Source of the DNA: a virus
Strand: one strand, 5' to 3'
UHGV virus genome: UHGV-0144897
DNA length: 10,204 nucleotides
Part shown: positions 5,906-10,204 of the stretch, in pieces
How the letters are laid out: each line of letters begins with the position of its first letter
How positions within the stretch are numbered: position 1 is the first letter of the stretch
Translations under genes and position numbers: made by a program
Notes under the pieces: generated by a model
The model's input: only the letters and a program-made list of their open reading frames with translations
Told to the model about the DNA's origin: nothing
Database searches by the model: none

Positions 5906-5921
5906 CCAGCGGCTTTTTTAT
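5895..5921 (+). terminator. rho-independent terminator inside the early-left operon
   Basis: Stem AAGCCGC (5895..5901) / GCGGCTT (5909..5915), 7-nt loop containing the TAA stop of the 72-aa gene, followed by TTTTAT. Confidence 0.55.
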
Positions 5922-5947
5922 CGGCCACATAAAACAGGAGGATCGGT

Positions 5948-6586
5948 ATGGGCTCGGCAGCTACCGACATCATTCTTGAGAGCAAGAGAAGCCGAAAGAA
6001 AAATAAGGGGCCTGTCCACGGAGTTGGGATTATTGATGTTCCATTCAGTGTGCGCGGAACAGTAGATGGGAAAAAGATATACCACCGAGCCTTTAAGGTT
6101 TGGAACAGCATTTTGCAGCGATGCTATTACCCACCTATTCAAGCCAAGTATCCATCATACATAGGCTGCTCTGTTTCCCCTGAATGGCTGCTCTTCTCTG
6201 GTTTCCTTAAGTGGTGGAAAGCGAATTTTCATGAGGGCTGGGAAATCGATAAAGACCTCCTATTTCCTGGCAACAAGATCTACTCACCAGATAAATGCCT
6301 TTTCGTTCCATGCGATCTGAATAGTTTTGTAATCAGCCGAGAAGCAAAGCGCGGACCTTCTCCTATCGGAAGTACGTTTGATGCTCGTTATGGCGTTTAT
6401 AGGACAACTATCAGTCTTGGGAAAGGCCAAAAGCATTACTTGGGGTCGTTCGTTTGTCCAGACGAGGCATACACCGCCTGGCTCAGTGCAAAGTTGAAGC
6501 TTGCTGAGCGATTCAAACCAATCTGCGACGAGATACACCCTCAACTTTACGACAGCCTACTCACGAAAATTCGCTCGATTAAATGA
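5948..6586 (+). CDS. free-standing endonuclease-like protein with a C-terminal AP2-type DNA-binding domain (HNH/homing-endonuclease-associated type), 212 aa
   Basis: ORF-track 5948..6586. AGGAGG RBS 6 nt upstream. C-terminus ARYGVYRTTISLGKGQKHYLGSFVCPDEAYTAWLSAKLKLAE fits the AP2 signature (YxGV...GK...LGxF...EA..A). N-terminal W-x6-RC...Y-x-Y-x-G...W-x-x-F...F pattern recalls phage HNH-associated proteins. Family is recognition only. Confidence 0.75.
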   Translation: MGSAATDIILESKRSRKKNKGPVHGVGIIDVPFSVRGTVDGKKIYHRAFKVWNSILQRCYYPPIQAKYPSYIGCSVSPEWLLFSGFLKWWKANFHEGWEIDKDLLFPGNKIYSPDKCLFVPCDLNSFVISREAKRGPSPIGSTFDARYGVYRTTISLGKGQKHYLGSFVCPDEAYTAWLSAKLKLAERFKPICDEIHPQLYDSLLTKIRSIK

Positions 6587-6721
6587 ATTGCTAAACCGAC
6601 ACATGTGGTCGGCTTCGTTATGACAACTGGCGGCCATCCACCGCCCATTGAAACACTGAATAAATGCGTTGAAGTCTTGTATTAACCGTTCCGTTCGCCG
6701 CGATAAGGCCAAGAGGAAATC

Positions 6722-6850
6722 ATGGTAAACCAGCAGCAGATCAGAGAGGCCCAACGGCTCGCGTCGTTCGCGGTACTCCATCGCAATGCTCCGGCGTGGG
6801 AAGAAGCAAAGCGCCTTTACGCCGTCGCCATCGGGAGGACTCTTCACTGA
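6722..6850 (+). CDS. possible small ORF (42 aa), translationally coupled to the next gene
   Basis: Below the ORF-track size cutoff. ATG 6722 with AAGAGGA RBS 5 nt upstream. TGA stop (6848..6850) overlaps the ATG at 6850. MVNQQQIREAQRLASFAVLHRNAPAWEEAKRLYAVAIGRTLH. Confidence 0.35.
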   Translation: MVNQQQIREAQRLASFAVLHRNAPAWEEAKRLYAVAIGRTLH

Positions 6851-7047
6851 TGGAAACTTTATTCGCACTCGTCCTGACCGTAGCAATGACCAATGGTGAT
6901 TATCAGGATGTGATTCTCGGGGTTTATGACAGCCCGCAGGAATGCAGCCAGGCAGCTTCAGAGCAAAAAGTAACAGCCGAATGCTGGCCGGTAGAAAGCA
7001 TCCTCCGCAACGGCGAGTTCCCGGCGAAATCCATCGCGCAGCAGTAA
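6850..7047 (+). CDS. small protein (65 aa) with hydrophobic N-terminal segment
   Basis: Part of ORF-track 6796..7047. ATG 6850 has GGGAGGA 10 nt upstream. N-terminus METLFALVLTVAMTNG is signal-peptide or membrane-helix-like. Confidence 0.5.
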   Translation: METLFALVLTVAMTNGDYQDVILGVYDSPQECSQAASEQKVTAECWPVESILRNGEFPAKSIAQQ

Positions 7048-7116
7048 CCACCCTATTCAACCGATCGGCCTGGCATTACGCGGGCGGCCTTCGCACGCAC
7101 TTTTTAAGGAGTCTTT

Positions 7117-7512
7117 ATGCAACCTTACGAGCGATTAACCTCTGAACGTCTGGCAAGTTTGCCAGAAGGATCCCGACTAAAACTCGGCGGGCAAATTATC
7201 AAACTTACCGGGCGCGGGTCATTCACCAACAGTGCCGGGCGAACTGAGAACATGATCGAGTATGTCGATTCCCGTGGCGTTCCCGGTAGTTTTGCAGAAA
7301 GCATCATTCTCGACTCAGCTACCGAGTATCTCAGCTCTGTAATGTGTGCCTACTGCGGCTCGCGGCGCCATAAAAGCGATTGCACTGTTCAGACGGTATC
7401 GACCTACATGTCGACGTCACAAAAGCATTTCTGCACTGACAAAGGCTGCGCTGAGAAGTTCTTCCGCCAGAACCATTCCCGCGCCAAGACTTCACGGAGA
7501 ACGCGATGGTAA
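7117..7512 (+). CDS. hypothetical protein (131 aa) with C-terminal Ogr/Delta-like CxxC...CxxxxC zinc finger
   Basis: ORF-track 7117..7512. AAGGAG RBS 5 nt upstream. CAYCGSRRHKSDCTVQTVSTYMSTSQKHFCTDKGCAEKF recalls the P2 Ogr pattern (CPLC...YHQCQNVNCSATF), from memory. Confidence 0.7.
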   Translation: MQPYERLTSERLASLPEGSRLKLGGQIIKLTGRGSFTNSAGRTENMIEYVDSRGVPGSFAESIILDSATEYLSSVMCAYCGSRRHKSDCTVQTVSTYMSTSQKHFCTDKGCAEKFFRQNHSRAKTSRRTRW

Positions 7513-7644
7513 CTCAGCAAACCGGATTGCTGATGGTTGCCATACTCTGCCTGCTGTATGACCTGCAGCCGGCAGACCTCGAATCACTGGCCCACCAGCT
7601 TGCAGAATTTGACGCAGTTAACGACCACATTACGGAGATTAAGC

Positions 7645-8301
7645 ATGTTGAGAGTTATTGATACCGAAACTACCAGCCTGGAAGGCAGTGTGCTGGAGAT
7701 TGCCAGCGTTGATATCGTCGACGGCGTTATTTGTAATCCCATGAGCGACTTTGTGAAGCCCACTGAAGCGATTAGCTTCGAGGCTATGGCTATCCACCAT
7801 ATCACTGAAGATATGGTCGCTGACGCCCCGCTGATTGGTGAGGTTATCGGTCGTTACCTTGGCGCGCAGGCTTACGTCGCTCACAACGCGAAGTTCGATA
7901 AATCGAAGCTACCACAAATCGACGCGCCGTGGATCTGCACCGCTAAGCTGGCCCGTGCTCTTCTCCCGGATCACCCAAGCCACAGTAACCAGTACCTGCG
8001 TTACAGCCTGGGCCTGAAACCTGAACTTCCGGAAGGCCTGTATGCGCACCGCGCGCTATATGACTGCTACGTCACTGCTGAATTGCTTCTGTACATGGGA
8101 CGCCTGGCGAAATGGACGTTTGGCGAAATGCGCGCCATTTCAAACAGCCCGTCACTGATTAAGGCGATCCGGTTCGGCAAGCACAAGGGCCTGACGTTTG
8201 AAGAAATTGCGAAGGTCGACCCTGGCTATCTCCGTTGGTTGTCCAGCAACAGCGACGACGAAGACATTCTCTTCACCATCAAACACTGGCTTAAGGGGTG
8301 A
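7645..8301 (+). CDS. DnaQ-family DEDDh 3'-5' exonuclease, ExoX-like (218 aa)
   Basis: ORF-track 7537..8301 begins with TTG. Preferred start is ATG 7645 with GGAGA RBS, so the protein starts at the Exo I motif MLRVIDTETT. Also YVAHNAKFD, HRALYDCYVTAELL and C-terminal FGKHKGLTFEEIAKVDPGYLRWL, matching my recollection of E. coli ExoX. Confidence 0.9.
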   Translation: MLRVIDTETTSLEGSVLEIASVDIVDGVICNPMSDFVKPTEAISFEAMAIHHITEDMVADAPLIGEVIGRYLGAQAYVAHNAKFDKSKLPQIDAPWICTAKLARALLPDHPSHSNQYLRYSLGLKPELPEGLYAHRALYDCYVTAELLLYMGRLAKWTFGEMRAISNSPSLIKAIRFGKHKGLTFEEIAKVDPGYLRWLSSNSDDEDILFTIKHWLKG

Positions 8302-8304
8302 TTT

Positions 8305-8970
8305 ATGGCGGTGATGACTCTCATCCTTGCCGACTCCGGGTATGGCAAGACGTACAGCATCCGCAACGTTAACCCGGAAAATGCCATTCTCGCTCGCTGT
8401 ATTCGTAAGGCCCTTCCGTTCCGTAATACCGGCTGGAAACTCCACGGTAAACGCCTGCCGGATAACTCAATCCAGCGCGGGAACGTGGTTGATATCCGCA
8501 ATGGCCGTCATCTTCTTGACGTGATCCGTAACGCTGCGATTAGTGGTCGAAAGATTCTGATTATCGATGATTTTCAGGCCGTCATGCAGCACGAGAACAT
8601 GGACCGGGCCTACGAGACTGGCTACACCAAGTTTACTGAAATGGCGGAGCACGCCTGGCGCATCATCGAAGCTGCAACCCAGCTTCCTGACGACTTCCGC
8701 GTTTACTTCCTCGCACACACCGAAGAGAGCGAAGGAAAAATCAGAATGAAGACAGTCGGCAAGATGCTTAACGAAAAGCTCACTCCTGAAGGCTACTTCC
8801 CTATCGTTCTGCGCATCATCAAGCGCGACGGCAAACACCTTTTCCTGTTGAAGGGCGACGACAATGACACCGTGAAATGTCCTCCTGACCTGTTCGGTCC
8901 AGAAGTGACTGACATGGATAACGACCTAGCGGCGTTCGACAACGCAATTTCTGAATTTACTGACTTATAA
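8305..8970 (+). CDS. Sak4-like (RecA-core, AAA_24-type) ATPase, putative phage recombination/annealing protein (221 aa)
   Basis: ORF-track 8305..8970. AAGGGG RBS. N-terminal Walker A LILADSGYGKTYS; ILIIDDFQ Walker B-like. Size and position between an exonuclease and an SSB-like gene fit phage Sak4-type proteins. Confidence 0.75.
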   Translation: MAVMTLILADSGYGKTYSIRNVNPENAILARCIRKALPFRNTGWKLHGKRLPDNSIQRGNVVDIRNGRHLLDVIRNAAISGRKILIIDDFQAVMQHENMDRAYETGYTKFTEMAEHAWRIIEAATQLPDDFRVYFLAHTEESEGKIRMKTVGKMLNEKLTPEGYFPIVLRIIKRDGKHLFLLKGDDNDTVKCPPDLFGPEVTDMDNDLAAFDNAISEFTDL

Positions 8971-8981
8971 GAGAGATAACG

Positions 8982-9692
8982 ATGAACCAACCAATCAGCT
9001 TTACCTGGAACCAGCAGTCGGCAGAAGCAGCACTCAGAGCAGGATCCTCCGCTGGCATTTCTGAAACCGGCGCATATGAAGGGGTGATCACCTCCGCTGT
9101 TTATGAGTTCGGCAAGGATGGATCACAGTCGCAGGCACTTGTTCTTTCGCTCGACGCTGACGGCCAGAAAGCAAACTTCCTGCGCATCAATTTCCTCGGT
9201 CGCGACGGCACACAGACTTTTGGTATGGGATTGATCGCCGCCATCATGTGGGCTGCGCAGGTTAAAGACGCTCAGGCGCAACAGCGCCAGGGGCAAAGCG
9301 GCCCTGAATGGTGTCTGCCGGCACTGGAAGGTAAGCGTGTCGGCTTGTTCCTGCAAAAAATCCTCACCACCAAGACAGATGGCAGTGACAGCTACAAATT
9401 CGAAGTCCGGCATGTTTTCCAGCCGGGAAGTCGTCTGACCTATAAAGAGTTCACCGACAAAACGCCAGCAGAAGCGATCGCCACACTCGAGCGCACCATG
9501 AAAGACAAAGACGACCGTAAACCTCACGACTCTTCTCGCGGGGGCTGGGGTGCACCATCACATAGCGGTGGTGGGTGGGGTGGTAATCAGCAGGATCCGA
9601 ATGCGGTACCTGAATCGCGCCTGCAGCAGGCCAACCGTCAGGTATCGCAGAGCAATAAACATCCTCAGTTCGACGATGATATCCCCTTCTGA
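8982..9692 (+). CDS. SSB-like protein with divergent N-terminal domain and canonical SSB C-terminal acidic tip (DDDIPF), 236 aa
   Basis: ORF-track 8982..9692. Gly/Gln-rich linker RGGWGAPSHSGGGWGGNQQ then terminal QFDDDIPF, identical to the E. coli SSB C-terminal tip. The N-terminal 150 aa do not look like canonical SSB. Confidence 0.8.
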   Translation: MNQPISFTWNQQSAEAALRAGSSAGISETGAYEGVITSAVYEFGKDGSQSQALVLSLDADGQKANFLRINFLGRDGTQTFGMGLIAAIMWAAQVKDAQAQQRQGQSGPEWCLPALEGKRVGLFLQKILTTKTDGSDSYKFEVRHVFQPGSRLTYKEFTDKTPAEAIATLERTMKDKDDRKPHDSSRGGWGAPSHSGGGWGGNQQDPNAVPESRLQQANRQVSQSNKHPQFDDDIPF

Positions 9693-9703
9693 AAGGCATC
9701 GCT

Positions 9704-9856
9704 ATGACTCACGCTCACGACGACATCAGGGTTGGCACGCTGTGCCTTCCCTTCATTGGTAACGGCTGGCTAATGCCATGGGGTGAAGTGGTCAGCAATC
9801 CATTAAAGGCGCAGCGGCTCGCTGAGGAATTTCGGGAAAGGCAGGAGGCGGCATGA
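9704..9856 (+). CDS. possible small ORF (50 aa) coupled to the methyltransferase gene
   Basis: Below the ORF-track cutoff. ATG 9704. TGA stop (9854..9856) overlaps the methyltransferase ATG at 9853 (ATGA). Weak RBS (AAAGG). Confidence 0.3.
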   Translation: MTHAHDDIRVGTLCLPFIGNGWLMPWGEVVSNPLKAQRLAEEFRERQEAA

Positions 9857-10204
9857 CAGCGAAATACTCACTTCTGTATGTCGATCCGCCATGGTCTTAC
9901 GGCAACACCATCAGCAACGGAGCCGCTGCCGATCACTACTCCACCATGAAGCTCATCGACATCAAACGCCTCCCGGTGTGGGAACTCGCCGCCGAAAATG
10001 CAGTGCTGGCGATGTGGTACACCGGCACGCATAACCAGGAGGCTATCGAACTGGCTGAGGCCTGGGGCTTCACCGTTCGCACGATGAAGGGCTTTACCTG
10101 GGTGAAGCTGAATCAGAACGCCGAGCTGCGCATCAACAAGGCGCTGGCCGAGGGTGAAGTCACCGACTTTTACGACTTCCTCGATCTGCTTAACGCCGAG
10201 ACGC
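9853..10204 (+). CDS. MT-A70-family DNA N6-adenine methyltransferase (phage Dam-like), 5' part only
   Basis: Open to the window end (hence absent from ORF track). AGGAGG RBS 4 nt upstream of the ATG. N-terminus MTAKYSLLYVDPPWSYGN carries the DPPW catalytic motif. Confidence 0.8.
   Translation, partial: MTAKYSLLYVDPPWSYGNTISNGAAADHYSTMKLIDIKRLPVWELAAENAVLAMWYTGTHNQEAIELAEAWGFTVRTMKGFTWVKLNQNAELRINKALAEGEVTDFYDFLDLLNAET

Noticed and set aside
6557-7060. Minus-strand 167-aa ORF
   Set aside because: Antisense to plus-strand genes with good RBSs and translational coupling. No RBS and no recognisable motif, so likely a shadow ORF.
7048-7116. Terminator between the 65-aa gene and the Ogr-like gene
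   Set aside because: Only GGCC self-complementary segments with mismatched flanks. The T-run at 7101..7105 belongs to the RBS context; no convincing stem.
7537-7644. N-terminal extension of the exonuclease from the TTG at 7537
   Set aside because: The extension (MPYSACCMTCSRQTSNHWPTSL...) has no RBS. The ATG at 7645 has GGAGA upstream and starts exactly at the Exo I motif.
1-10204. tRNA, rRNA, integrase or attachment-site signals
   Set aside because: No tRNA-like T-loop or anticodon-arm pattern, no rRNA-like sequence, and no integrase or recombinase ORF seen anywhere in the window.

Overview
This window reads as the immunity / replication / early-left core of a lambdoid enterobacterial prophage. 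All calls come from reading the sequence and the ORF track; no database search or folding was run, and family names are motif-level recognitions. Minus strand (early-right direction): Cro-like HTH gene, a 180-aa protein in the cII slot, an O-like replication initiator with origin iterons inside its coding sequence, a DnaC-like helicase loader, then small nin-like genes including a winged-helix protein. Divergent on the plus strand: a cI-like repressor (HTH + S24 autopeptidase) with an unknown 195-aa gene immediately downstream, a pL/OL-like control region, and an early-left operon. That operon holds three small ORFs (two Cys-rich), an HNH/AP2-like endonuclease-type gene, a protein with an Ogr-like zinc finger, an ExoX-like exonuclease, a Sak4-like ATPase, an SSB-like protein and the start of an MT-A70 adenine methyltransferase. 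No rRNA, tRNA, CRISPR array, integrase or transposase was seen. Best candidates for something undescribed: the 195-aa gene in the rexAB-equivalent slot, and the small Cys-rich genes with a repeated 17-nt hairpin at the head of the early-left operon. The ORF track renders GTG/TTG starts as M, so several starts were re-evaluated by RBS.
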